From Phoronis australis (taxonomy: Eukaryota > Animalia > Phoronida): a stretch of DNA of 64,000 bases. The stretch is from assembly GCA_002633005.1 (NCBI GenBank), contig NMRA01000842.1, positions 59,928-123,927 on the forward strand. Direction: 5' to 3'. Below the pieces are notes generated by a model that was given only the letters and a program-made list of their open reading frames with translations, had not been told where the DNA came from and ran no database searches. A program made the position numbers and the translations under genes. This document shows positions 49,841 through 63,063 of the stretch, in pieces. How positions within the stretch are numbered: the stretch's first letter is position 1; each line of letters starts with the position of its first letter.

Positions 49841-50150
49841 CTGCGGTTACATACAGACGGTGGATGTGAACCTGCGGTTACATACAGACGGTGAATGTGA
49901 ACCTGGGGTTACATACAGACGGTGGATGTGAACCTGGGGTTACATACAGACGGTGGATGTGAACCTGCGGTTACATACAGACGGTGAATGTGAACCTGGG
50001 GTTACATACAGACGGTGGATGTGAACCTGGGGTTACATACAGACGGTGGATGTGAACCTGCGGTTACATACAGACGGTGAATGTGAACCTGGGGTTACAT
50101 ACAGACGGTGGATGTGAACCTGGGGTTACATACAGACGGTGGATGTGAAC
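49841..50150. repeat. 31-bp minisatellite x10 with a 93-bp higher-order period
   Basis: CTG(C/G)GGTTACATACAGACGGTG(G/A)ATGTGAAC. Confidence 0.95.
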
Positions 50151-50761
50151 CTGGGGTGAGAAGTGGACTTATGAGGACACATGCACCTGCCTAATTATGA
50201 TAACATCTATCGTTGCTCTTTGATATCAACTCATATCTTTTTCCTGTGATGTATTGTAACAATGAAAATGATGCACTGGAAGGATTGATATGATGAGAGA
50301 AAGGAGACATCAGATAGATAATTGTTGACATTGTGTTTCAGAAGGAAGCATTAACTGTTTCCTGTCAATGCTGATTGACAGTGAGACAGTAATGGAATGC
50401 AAGGAAGAGTGGTTTAGAACACCATAACAAATCAGTCTTTGAAGTGCTAAGTTTCATCAACATTTTGTCTTTCTGTGTGTCAATCCTCATTGCTACTGGC
50501 GGTGTTCCAGGCTTAGACAGAAAACAACATGACATTGACTCAGTTGATTGACACAACTAATCCAGGCACCTGCTTTGTTTTCACTTTATGCCAATAATAA
50601 TTCCTGCAGACTGCAGACCAATATCAAGTAATATATTCAACCTCTTTCAACAATCAGATATCCAGTTGTGCATAGATGCTCATATTTATCCTACTCTGAA
50701 GTATTGCCTCTGTGGTGTGGAAATAAAGCTGAACAAAGACTTACATGTAAATCTGGAATGA

Positions 50762-51021
50762 CCCTAAATGTGATCATGTCTGTGTGTCACTCTAGTCATA
50801 TTCATGTGAATGTCCCTAAATGTGATCATGTCTGTGTGTCACTCTAGTCATATTCATGTGAATGTCCCTAAATGTGATCATGTCTGTGTGTCTGTCTAGT
50901 CATATTCATGTGAATGTCCCTAAATGTGATCATGTCTGTGTGTCTGTCTAGTCATATTCATGTGAATGTCCCTAAATGTGATCATGTCTGTGTGTAACTC
51001 TAGTCATATTCATGTGAATGT
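50762..51021. repeat. 52-bp minisatellite x5
   Basis: CCCTAAATGTGATCATGTCTGTGTGTC..TCTAGTCATATTCATGTGAATGT. Confidence 0.95.
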
Positions 51022-51251
51022 CCTTTTGTAATGTTCTGTATGACACTGCTCCTGATTTTGTGATGAGTTTGGTTGAATTAAAGTAGTAATTTGCAACTTG
51101 TAGTTCACCATTGACGACCTGTAGGATTACCATGGTTATGCAAGGGTTGCATGTCACAAAAGGAAAACATCTGGTACTCTAGGTGGGTGAAAGGCACCTT
51201 TTTAGGTTTGCGTACAAGTACTTGAAAATGGTTTGGATAATGATGACAATA

Positions 51252-51683
51252 TCAAGGTACCTAAACTACATGGTCAACGGACTCATAAACACGGGCACGG
51301 ACACATGAACACGACTCATGGACCTGCAAACACCGTCCACTGACTCACAAACACGGGAACGGACTCACAAAACACGATCCACGCACCTAAATACACGGGA
51401 CACTGACTCATATTCAGGAGGAAACACGGTTAACGGACCGCCAAACACGGGTCACGGACTCATCGGCTTCCTGGGTCAGCTGACATCTTCCTTTTGTCCG
51501 TGACCCGTGTTTGGCGGTCTGTTAACCGTGTTTCCACGTGAATATGAGTCCGTGTCCCGTGTATTTGGGTGCGTGGATCGTGTTTTGTAAGTCCGTTCCT
51601 GTATTTGTGAGTCAGTGGACGGTGTTTGCAGGTCCGTGGGTCGTGTTTATGAGTCCGTTGACCGTGTAGTTTAGGTACCTTGA
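51252..51683. mobile_element. Foldback MITE: ~190-210-bp inverted arms around a ~40-bp spacer
   Basis: TCAAGGTACCTAAACTACA.GGTCAACGGACTCATAAACACG... mirrored at 51683; arms made of CACGG/ACGGACTCA subunits. Confidence 0.88.
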
Positions 51684-52279
51684 ATACTGCCAATATCGGA
51701 TACCCATATTCTTTTGGTACTGACACTGACTACAAAGTAAACTGGGCTATGTTGGAATGTAGTCATATTATGAATGGTTTGTTTGAATTGTTTAAAGTAC
51801 TGCTTTGCAAACTGTAATTAAGACATCTTGAACAGGTGAAATGTGCTTACTTGTATAAAAAACTGCTGGGACCCTGGTTTTGTACCTGTATCAATATGTT
51901 GGTTATTTAATCACTGAGTTATTGAAACACAGATTTAGACAAGAAGGATGTTGTTGTCTCACATTGATAGGCTGAAATGAGGTCAATGGTTGCATCAATG
52001 TTTTTATATTCAATAACATTTGCCATTGGCTCTATAGGAGCCTAATTATTTGTTTGCAATTGACCTAGATAGAACCCCCATGGGACTAATTATGTCACAT
52101 GTTGTCTGTTACATGTTATTTGTCAACACTCCTGGTGGCAGACACATTTGTCATGTTCAGCAGTGCAAACAAAGAATTTAAATTTGAATTAATTAACAAA
52201 ATTAGCACTTAAGGTACCTACAGAACCAGAAAATGTACGACCTCTGACCATCAAGTAAAATATGCGGTTCTTCTCTAGC

Positions 52280-54722
52280 AGAAGCCGATGGAAATGCATG
52301 AATTGAGAACATGAAAACATTAGGAGGAGCGACACTTGGAGAAATTGGCTGAACAGAATATTGGAGAGGATGATGGCAATGATGAAGATGATGATGATGA
52401 TGGCGTTGATAAACATGTGCAGCAAAAATCAGTCAACAAAGGAACAGCTTCATCAGAAAATCCCAAATAATTAAAAAACTAGACATCCTAGCGAAAAATG
52501 AAAAACATCTTCTGAAAGCCCGTTCAAAACTCTCTAACAGACTAGTTTCATAAAATACCTTAAATTTTTTGAAAAATTACATTGTTCTTCATTTTTTTGA
52601 AATTGAAAGACAAACAACCCAAAAACGGTTAACATGATAAAAAATTGTTAGACTTCATTAGAAAGAGTGTACCTTAAAGAATCCACATGCAAAAATTCAA
52701 ATTGTTTGCTCTTCCTGTTCAAAATGGTCCCCCAGAATGATTGAGAATGATGAAAATGTGTCAGATCTGCCATTTTGATAACAACTTTCAGTTAAGCAGC
52801 ATTCAATATAAGGTACCCAAAGAACACTAACACATGAAAAATTTCGAAGCAATTGGTTTGACAATGCGCCCTTTACAGGTCAAAACCTTTTCATCCTGAA
52901 ATCAAGGTGCCCAAACGCAATGGCTGATCTTTCCTTCATGTTTGACCGGAAGTTGACAATTTACAGCACGTTTGTACCGTAGTACGTGTCTACTATAATA
53001 AACCTACCGATTTTCAGCCGTGTGCGTCAATAACTGTGACCTCTTTGAATCTGAATTCTAAAACAAAATGCCCGCCACATCCGTCATCTTGAATCTGATC
53101 ATGAGAAAAAACAATTTAGGCTTCGAGCTATTCCAGAGCTAGAGGTTGTGTGTAAATTTCGTGCGAATCAGACAAAACAAAAAAATTAGTGTCAGGCGAA
53201 TGACATAAATATATTTAGTGATTGCAAATCGTAACAAAACCCGTTTTATCAGAGTGGATTGAAGCTTGGTTCTGAAGTCACTAATGGTGGCCATTGGAGT
53301 GAGCTGCTGCAGTTCTGTACACGGGAGCCACATTTGTGTTGTGTGGATTTTGGGTGTCATAATATTACTCCATTGTTGGATTAATCAAGTACGTAATCCA
53401 TTGTCAATGTGCCAGAACTTATTTAAACTAAACTGTTGAAACATTTCTTCAACGAATCCAGGGATCTAGTGCATGCAATATCTACATTTGAGTGTGATTA
53501 ATAAATAAATAAATGAAAGCGCTCCGAGGAGCGAACCTTGGCGAAATTAACCAAGAAGATGACGATAAAGATGATGACGAAGATGACGAATATGACGACG
53601 ATGGTGGCGAGGTTGAACAAAAGAAGTAATAACAACATACACATGACAAATGTTGAAGTCCGAAATCAGTAAGAAAAAGGCTACAGTTTTGAGCGACACT
53701 TGGCGAAATTAACAGAAAAGACATCACGACGGAGATGATTACGAAGATGATGACGATGATGACGAATATGATGACGGTGGTGGCGATGATGAACAACATC
53801 ACAACATTCATATGACGAACTTAGATGTCATAAATCAATAAGAAATAGGCTACAGTCTAGTTCAATAGAAGATAAACCAAAATCAATGCAGCAAGAGCGC
53901 TCAACAAAGGAACAGCGTTATCAGAAAATCTCAAATAACTCNNNNNNNNNNNNNNNNNNNNNNNNNNNNNNNNNNNNNNNNNNNNNNNNNNNNNNNNNNN
54001 NNNNNNNNNNNNNNNNNNNNNNNNNNNNNNNNNNNNNNNNNNNNNNNNNNNNNNNNNNNNNNNNNNNNNNNNNNNNNNNNNNNNNNNNNNNNNNNNNNNN
54101 NNNNNNNNNNNNNNNNNNNNNNNNNNNNNNNNNNNNNNNNNNNNNNNNNNNNNNNNNNNNNNNNNNNNNNNNNNNNNNNNNNNNNNNNNNNNNNNNNNNN
54201 NNNNNNNNNNNNNNNNNNNNNNNNNNNNNNNNNNNNNNNNNNNNNNNNNNNNNNNNNNNNNNNNNNNNNNNNNNNNNNNNNNNNNNNNNNNNNNNNNNNN
54301 NNNNNNNNNNNNNNNNNNNNNNNNNNNNNNNNNNNNNNNNNNNNNNNNNNNNNNNNNNNNNNNNNNNNNNNNNNNNNNNNNNNNNNNNNNNNNNNNNNNN
54401 NNNNNNNNNNNNNNNNNNNNNNNNNNNNNNNNNNNNNNNNNNNNNNNNCATCCGGGACATTTATTGTGCTGATTTTCAGCTCTGTACGTAAAAAATTGTA
54501 GCCTCCAGAAGCCTTTGAATCTTAAAATGAAAACAAAATGGCCGCCACAGCCGCCATCTTGGATCCGATTTCGACGAAAAACAATAGGCTTCCAGTACTT
54601 CTGGAAGTACGTGTTATGTGTAAATTTCGTGATGATCGGACGAAAATTGCGACCTGTATCGTGCGAACAAAACAAACATAGTGTCAGAGCAATATACTTG
54701 GCGAAATTTCGCCAAGTAATAA
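52280..54722 (+). mobile_element. Two related Helentron/HINE-like units with GAT-rich tandem leaders (spans the gap)
   Basis: TCAACAAAGGAACAGC..ATCAGAAAATC at ~52432 and ~53901; AAAACAAAATG.CCGCCACA.CCG.CATCTTG at ~53060 and ~54530; 3' stem-loop TACTTGGCGAAATTTCGCCAAGTA at ~54695. Confidence 0.6.
53942..54448. other. Assembly gap (507 N)
   Basis: Run of N. Confidence 1.
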
Positions 54723-57700
54723 AACAGGCATCGTGACATATCATTGGTACCTAAATGCTATTTTTTGAGAATTGTGACTTGCTGAGTGTGGGACTCATCT
54801 TGCCACCAGAAGTTTTCAATTTGAGCTCCACTTGAGCTAATAACCTGTGCAGTAGGGGTTAATGGTGATCTGCAAATACTTGTCACAAATATTTATGATT
54901 ATCAGCTGATGTGGGCTTATTTAGTATTGTGTTTAATCCAGGGGTCAGTGCATCTTCAGCTCAGGGCAAAAATAGGTAGACCGGCTGAGGTAAGTCATTC
55001 AGCTGTTTACCTGTAGTCTAGGCTTTACCATTAGTCATAGTCATGTGTCTCCTTGAAAAGCAGTCTGTTCTTAGAAAAGTGATAAAAGTGCACTCACCGT
55101 TAGCTCCACATGAACTTTCTTAAATGTCAATAACAATGAGAACAATAATAATAATAATGGTGGTAAAATAGCAACAACAACAATAATAATAATGATAATA
55201 ATAATAGTAGTTGTAACAGAATTAGTTTTGTACAAGTTATCAAGCCACCTATAGGTCAACAGGTTGGGTTCATACTGATAGGGTTTATTTGTGTCAGTAA
55301 TTACATCCCTCATTGGGGTTTGTTCTAAAGGAATTCCATGATTTGTAGTTATGTTTCTTAATGGATTTTAAAGAACTTGAACATGTGCTTATTAAAGAGC
55401 GTGGGGTTACTGTGCAGGGCATGATGAGGAAATTTGGAATTTTTCAAATGTTTATGTTTTTAAAGATTGGCAAAATAAATTTCCAGTTTTCTGTTATCAC
55501 TGTACTAAAGTAGACAGCGTTCATTTTGTATTAGTGTTGTACAAACTGTACACTGTTTTGTATGATCATTAAAACAAAAGTAGTTTTTGTGATATTCTCA
55601 CTTGGATTCTGCACTTCCACCTGTTCACCATTTGTTACTTAAAACAATATAATTAACAATAATGTAGTGCTCCATTTGGCGACCTGCAGGTCACCAATGC
55701 GATCAGATTGTGTTTGGCAACCTGGGAAATACCTGTCGCCACTTCGAGTATAAAGTCAGACAATAATTCTCCCTAAATTTGTTTCAAAGTTTGTGTTGAC
55801 TTCCTAACTTTAAATTAGATTCGTTACCTTTTGTTCACAATTATTGTGTTTATTTTGTGAAGTCGGTGGAAGTGAAGCGATGAAAGTCAGCATTGCTAAA
55901 AAATCGAGCAAGATTGGTGAACCAGGCGCCACCAGTGTATGTGATTGTCTGCATTCCATGTTCGCTAACTGGCAGGAGGAATTGAGTAAGGGAATGAGGA
56001 GTGAAAAGTACATTTAGGTATAGAGGGGAGGGGAGAAATTGAAGAGGTACATGCAAGAATCTGGGAACGGTACGTTTTTTTTAGTCGACAAGTTATACGT
56101 GCCAGACTTGGAAAGTTAGATTTCATTTGACAACCTGAACTTTTCAGTTTTAGTGACTTCAGATTTCGTTTGGTGACCTCAGATTTTTGCCAAATGGGAC
56201 TTGGTGCTTAGCCAAGCATCAAGCACTGTACTGGCTCTTTGCTCTGGGAACTGGACTTTACTTCAGTTATTGTTCGTACATTGTATTTCCCATTAAAAGC
56301 ATTTTAATAGATGCAATTAAAATTTTTCAGTAAAAGTTTGGAAAATTTAAATTGTTAAGTACCCGACGGAAAACTAGAGCGCAAGCTCCTCGCATAGACA
56401 TCGGTAGATAGGAGTATCTATTGTTCACTTTGTTTTTCTTTCTTATAATAAAGATAATGGTAAGCATTTATCGGTAACTGGCTGATGTGCGCCTAAGATA
56501 CGATATCCACGCGACCTGTATTGTTATATCCAACTAAGACGAAAGAAAGGAAAACAATTTTAGCGTCGCGCTTACGCCTGTTGCATCGATCTCGCAAGTT
56601 AAACAATAGCATACGAAATCCACGTGACATCTTTTGGCATGGGGCTTGTTCTTTGTCGGTAAAAAATCTTTTGTTTGGGACTCTAAACAGCTTAAAGGTG
56701 AAATTTCATTGTGTCAAATTTAACTTTTCTGGAAAATTTACTTTGCTTTTAGTGTGGTTTGTATAGCAAAACTGTTAACAAACAACATATGGTAAAAATT
56801 TGAAGATTTGCAATAATGTGGAAAGCCTCTGAAAAATATAAATATGAGAATTTCAACAATTTTTTAACCCCAAATTGAATAATTGTTACAAATGTTAAAA
56901 TGTTGAAAGGATCAGGGGAGACAGGGATGCTTAAAACATGGCATAAACATCCGTTTTGTTGACCTCAGATGTAAACCCAAAATCCCTGCGAAAATCTGCA
57001 CTAGTTGTTCATGCATGTGGCTAGTTTTGTTCTTGATAACCTTGTATGCTGTTATTGTATTCATTTATTAGTATATCATAATAAAAACAATTGTGACGCT
57101 TGTGATTAAATCAGGTGGCAGGCCTTTGTTGGAGATAGGTGATGACTGTGGATATTCCTGCGGGCTTATTAAAACATGCAAATGTTACACTTTTGAACCT
57201 TCAGGTAGATTTGACACCTGTGATTGCAACACGATTGAAAGTTGACTGTTTTGATGTGACAGTTCATAGTATTCATTCCTAGTAATTTGGATTCATAATT
57301 GTCATATGATAAATCGCTGACTTTCGAAATAGCCGCGCCATATTGAAGTTCACTATCGCACCAGACGTCGATCAGATCTTTGGTTGACAGTTGTTCAGCG
57401 CCACCTATAGATCTCATGTAATACTGACATGCGGTCTCTACCTACTGGTATAAACACTGTTTGAATACCTTTCCTGTTGTGCCAATGGCAGCACATTTGC
57501 ATTGTTGTGTGGTGGGATATACTAATGTCATACCAAAAGGGCAAACCTTTTGAAATATCAATGAATGAACAAGGACACCGTGTTCCATACATTTCCCACT
57601 GCGAAGAAATGTCTGCAACAAAACCAGTGGCTGCAGCTGATGGTTTCTTTCCTGGCTGTTGTCAGAATGCTAAAATAAATTAGTAAATTTAGAATAATCA

Positions 57701-58647
57701 GAACAAGAGGAGGGTCTGAGAGTGGAATTTACTCCTCTGCTTTTATAATGAACAACTATGAAGTAATGGATTTTTTGTCTGCCAATTCTGGTATGAATCG
57801 CACATCACTTTCATGCTCTCCTTACTCTAGAGAGCACCAGTATGTAAGTCCCTGATTGAAGTTGTTAGCTTAGTGTGATTTGTAACTGTCTTCAAGTGTC
57901 TTTTACTATGTACCATCTTTCACTAATGATATTTCCAAATTCTGTTACTTGTTTGAAACAGACGAATGATGAGAAAAGTTGAGGTGGGTGTTTACTGCCA
58001 ACTGTCAGTAGTTGACACCCATGTCATTATGTTGTTGTCACAAATATGTATCTCAGTTGCCTTCAAATTTAGAATATCGCAGAGCAGGGAAATTCTGTGG
58101 CATAAAAGTTCGCAGTAATAACCAGAAGGAAATGTTTCTTCCATTGTTTACTCTGTTTACATTACGCAGCTGTCATACACAAACTTACGGTGAAATCTTC
58201 AGATTTTTTAACAATGTAAGCAGTAACGTTTTTGAAATATAGAAAAATGACAATGGTAATTTATTTTTGTTCAAGTTGAAGGAAGTGGTGTTGATAAAGG
58301 AGTTAGATTAGTGTCCGCTGTAAAGTGAGCATTAGGATGTTGTTGCTATGAAACTGTACCGTGGGCTTTAACCTGCATGGAAACTGCTGTTAAAATGTAA
58401 TTTGTTCCACCTCACAAGTCATTTCCTGCAGTGAGACCAGTAAGAATGTCCTTCAAAAGTTTTATTTGGTCCACTTTTGATTATCTGGGTGCACTCTAGA
58501 TTTGTTACGCATTTTGTTTCTACAATTGAAAAAAGTTATCCTTTCATTACATCACAAGATGTTATGACCTGCTCGTTTATTGTTGTGCGATGGGAAACCA
58601 ACTTTGTTTTAATTGCTGAACTAAGGGTTTTCTTCTGTGCATTTCAG

Positions 58648-58788
58648 GATGGTTTCGTGGAGTTCTATGAAGGTGGCAAAAATGGTCACCATGACGATGC
58701 ATGGCCATCATGGTTACGGGTGTGCGGCTATGCAGCTGGAATTGCAGGAATGGTGGCTGTGGGGGCCTCCCTTATTCAGAAGACATGA
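58648..58788 (+). CDS. BCL2-like: Bcl-2-like coding exon 2 (end of BH2 plus C-terminal membrane anchor)
   Basis: TTTCAG| acceptor, phase 0; DGFVEFY completes GGW-DGFVEFY; hydrophobic tail VCGYAAGIAGMVAVGASLI followed by QKT-stop. Confidence 0.93.
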   Translation, partial: DGFVEFYEGGKNGHHDDAWPSWLRVCGYAAGIAGMVAVGASLIQKT

Positions 58789-59732
58789 TATCGTTGATTG
58801 GACCTCTCACCCTGTTTTACAAGACACAGGTTGTGTTGTTAACCAACCTGCCAACTGAGCTGATGGATGTCTGAGTACTGGAGACTGTCTTATGTACTTC
58901 AGAGATAGAGCTTGCCTGTCAGACTACAGATGTTTGTTAGCTGGTTCTGATTGGACTTGGAACTGTTTGTGCAATTTTTATTTGTAGATTAAAGGCAGAA
59001 CACTTGCAAGTGGATTCATTGTATTCCAAGTAAAACTAAGTTAAGTGGCTGAGGTTTCTGTCCATAGTTTTGTTTAAGAAAACTTTCTCTTTGGTATACA
59101 CCTGCAGTGTATGTGGTGAGAAATAATTACAAAACCTTACAGGGTTTTGTTACATCATGTCACTTAGTTGTGTTTAAATAATGGGGTAGCGTTCCATAAA
59201 TTAACTTTCTTGCTAAGGAAGCAGATCCTGCAAGTTGACACAAAATTGTGTGAATGGAGGGGGAGTTAGTATGCTTGACACTTTAACTTGCAAATAGACC
59301 ACAATTGGAATGATTTGTAAATGAGTTTGTCATATTGAATTATTGGATAGAATTCGTACATTTTGAGGTAGAATACACTATTTCCGTTTCAAAGCAAATG
59401 TAGGAACGCTGCCCCAGAGCAACTGATACAAGGCCAACACTGCCCCCTGTTGGACCCAGAGCAACTCATAAAGACCATCACTTTCTTGTAGATTAAATAC
59501 AGAAGTATAGTATTTAATCTATGACTTCCCCTGTCAATACTTGACCAGTATGTGCAGCCAATCCTCAGCAGGCAGCTAACAACTTCACTTGGCCTATCAT
59601 TGTCTGCAGGCTGGCTCAGCCCTTTTATGCTGCCTGTTGTTTTCAGCAGGTCTGTATATCAAGCTGCGCATACTTTCCAATAATGTGTTATCTGTGGAAA
59701 GCGCAAATATATTTATTTCTGTGTAGTAGTAG

Positions 59733-60439
59733 CCGGGTGAGAAGTAACATGACCGCCGGACCCAAAATATGACGGCCGGTCCTCCGAATCAGACCGAGTA
59801 GCCACAAAACAGGACCCATGGGGATGGAATGTGACCACCGCACGAGAAAATGGAGCCGACGCATTTAAAAACAGGAGCTCGCCTTCACAAAACAGGACCA
59901 ACAGAGACTGAAAATGACTGCTGGACAAAATGTTATCAATGCCGTCTGTGTGACACTTGTTTTGATGATACTTTACTCGATAACCAGTTATCCCTGAATG
60001 CATTATTTGACTTGACTAAAACGTCAATTTGGAAAAATAAGCTTTGTTTTGTTCTAGAACTAACACAATGGATAAAATTGTAATTATTAAGCTAAAAATG
60101 TTCAACATGTTTGGTTTTTGGTTAGATTTATTAATTTAAATGTTGCCAGAGAGTATAGTTTGTAGTTTCCTACTGTACATAAATTGTTCAGATTTGACTG
60201 TTTATATGCCATCATAATTGAGTGGTGGGGCGGTCATGTTTCAATCCCCGGCAGTCATGTTCAGTCTCCGGCACTCCTGTTTAGTGATGAGGCAGTTATG
60301 TTTTAGGTGTGTCGGTTCCAGTTTATGGTGCGGTCGTCCCATTTGATCCCCGTATGTCCTGTTTTGGGGTGAATCGGTTTGATTCAGAGCACCGGCGGTC
60401 ATGTTTTAGGTCCGGCGGTCCTGTTGTTTCTCACCCATG
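59733..60439. mobile_element. 707-bp member of the CA(C/T)GGGTG long-TIR family, ~0.95 kb after the Bcl-2-like stop codon
   Basis: Ends CCGGGTGAGAA...TTCTCACCCATG; TSD AGTAG at 59728-32 and 60440-44; ~180-200-bp diverged TIRs. Confidence 0.85.
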
Positions 60440-63063
60440 AGTAGGGTTGGCAGTGTTTGGTCTTCAGTTGGTCGTCATTTAAGATGTGATACAGCATGCT
60501 TGCAGTAACAGTTGAGAGAAAAGACTCACAGTGGCATGTTCATCACATCCACTAGTGGTCGACCAAGTCGATAGTTTTGACTTGTCACTTATTACCCACC
60601 CAATCATCTTTCAGATTTTGGATCACCCCGTAGCTAACACCAATTTTATCTCTTTTCTGGGTGAAAGCAACAAGGTCTAATGGATTCTCTTACAATGTGA
60701 TCTCTCAGCAGTTACTTGGTAGTGGCAAATGTTAGACAAAGCAATTAATGCAGCATGTCAGCAGTGTCAATGTCTTAAGTGACAGTGTGACCACATAGCT
60801 GTATAAAGTGACCTAGTGGAAACTCCATGGTGAAATCTGTGTAGAGGTAAAAGTCTACCTGGTCGGTCACCACGGTGACATGGTCAAGGACAATGTCAAC
60901 GTGTTAGAGAACCAATCACTTCTGTAAATTGTGTACCTTAGCTGCTGCTGGATAGTAGGCACTCACAAAAACAAGTGTAAAACTGACCACCTGTTGGGGA
61001 GCACATAATTTCACTTTCGTCTGAGAGTGAAACAATTTTGAGAAGTGGACTGAAACTAAAGATTGTGGTTTAGTTCAGAAAACGTAATCCCATTTTCTTT
61101 GTGATTTGTCTGATCCACTGTCGCAAGCAGACAGAGGTTTAATACATTGTTTATAACATCTTTGTCCATTCGGTCATAGTCTAACTATGCCCACTGGCAA
61201 TGTACGGTTTGTGTGATAGGTCAGCTGAGGGTCATGGTTGAGCATGCTCTGATGTGCGATATAACTGCACTCTTTGAACCGTTGCCTCGTTTTGCTGAAT
61301 GTAGTTAGATGTGACGGGTGCTTTATGTAACTGAAACATATATTGCCCCTTTTGGTTCCATATTAAGACATATTGATTAATCACCATTTGATTGTAATCA
61401 TTTGTTGCTTTTGAAAGCCTTAACGTTTGCGTTCCTGAATTATCTGAGACTTTTCGGTATTTTGTGCAGACTATATTTTTGTATTTTAATTTATTAAACT
61501 TGATGAATACATTTTCATCATATGTACACTTTGGATAGGACTAGTTAAAATAATGCCAATTGTATGGTTACTGTGAGTTGAGTAGTTCCAGGCTTTGTTA
61601 CACTGTCCAAGAGGGACATATTGGCATCAAGTAGATTTGTTCATTATGCACTTTTGCCCATCGCTATTGTAACTAATTACGGAAATGAAAGATATTATTT
61701 ACCTTATCGTTTCATCTAAAAACCTTTTGTAGACTTAAGATATCTTCTGTGAAGTGGGCAGTGCGCAATTATACTATCATGTAGTTCACTTAAGTTAAGT
61801 GTATCGTGTAGTTCACCTCTTAAGTCAAGTGTACTACCAGTGTTAAATGTTTCCTCCAAGCTGTGACTAACCTTCCTCATGTCATGCAGTATTCTCTCAC
61901 GCACTATCTTTTTAGTTATAAGGTGCTAGTCTGTAGTTGCTTACCTTCAAACCTGTCGGTACTTTTTTAGAAACCATCCTTGTTTGTGAAATTTCTGGAA
62001 ATGATACCAATTGTTTGCACAGCACCATGTCTTGGAATTTGTTTTCCAGAACAGTTTTGAATGGGTTTCTCAATTTTGTGTCTGAAATGTTTTTCAACAT
62101 TTGTATCATTCTTGTTAACCAATAGCAAAATACTTCTTCATTGGTTTTTGAGGCATTAATCGATTGTGTAATAGAGTTCTATTTATGTTGTATAGAGTCC
62201 CACTTCACATTTAGTTTTCTTTCACCTTGGTTGTTGGTCTAACATTGGTAGAACAGCTCTGCTTCCTTGCATATGATCAGAGCATTGCTCTGTATGATCA
62301 TTTTAGCCAGCAATGCACAACTTCCCTTCTTCAGGAAGTTTTTGTTGTCAAATGTCAAATCGGGGGTGTCTGGTGGTGAAACTTCCCTGAACCAGTGGAA
62401 TGTGGATCCTGATGTCACAGTAACAGGTTGCCATGGTAACAGGTTGCCATGTTACATGCACAGTTCCCCTGACTATTTTGTGATAATGTATGTGGGTGTG
62501 TCTTAAATGTGTATTTATGTAACTATGTAAATATTGTGTTACTCAGTGTATATATGTTTTAAACCAAGCCCCCCCCCCTGTTTGCCTGGGAACCTTAAAG
62601 AACATTGAATGTCATTCCTGGGAATGATGTTAAAGGCCTATGTATTTGTATAAGTTTGCAAGGAGTGCTTCTCCTGCCACCTATTAGGTGTGGAACTAAC
62701 TACCACGTGTACCCTCTGGTCATAGGATGCACTGGAACTTCAAAAAATCACCAGTTGATGAGCCATGATGCTTGGTAACATGTCTAATGTGTAGTTGGTG
62801 GTTCATATTGTAATTCTCAGTCATTACTTGTAAAGCCGTCTGTTGCTGAAAGGTAAGTGTTAGGACTAGATTAAGAATTTATTGGCCAATTGTAGTTGCC
62901 ATGGAAATAGGTATATACTAGCTTGTTGTTGTTATCAAGAAGGGGAAAGTCTTTGCTTGGTGTATGAATAGTATGCGATAATATCTGTGTCACATATCGT
63001 CTGCGCTTCATCTCCGTCTGCTTCATCTCCGTCTGCTTCATCTCCGTCTGCCCTGATCTTTAA

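Noticed and set aside
53482-53811. Hydrophobic ORF resembling a membrane protein (also 52189-52425 and 55071-55313)
   Set aside because: Reverse translation of GAT/AAT-rich simple repeats
53857-54744. Long ORFs of 179-295 aa
   Set aside because: Artefacts of the N gap
58477-58647. N-terminal part of the 103-aa ORF as coding
   Set aside because: Intronic; coding sequence starts at the AG acceptor, at 58648
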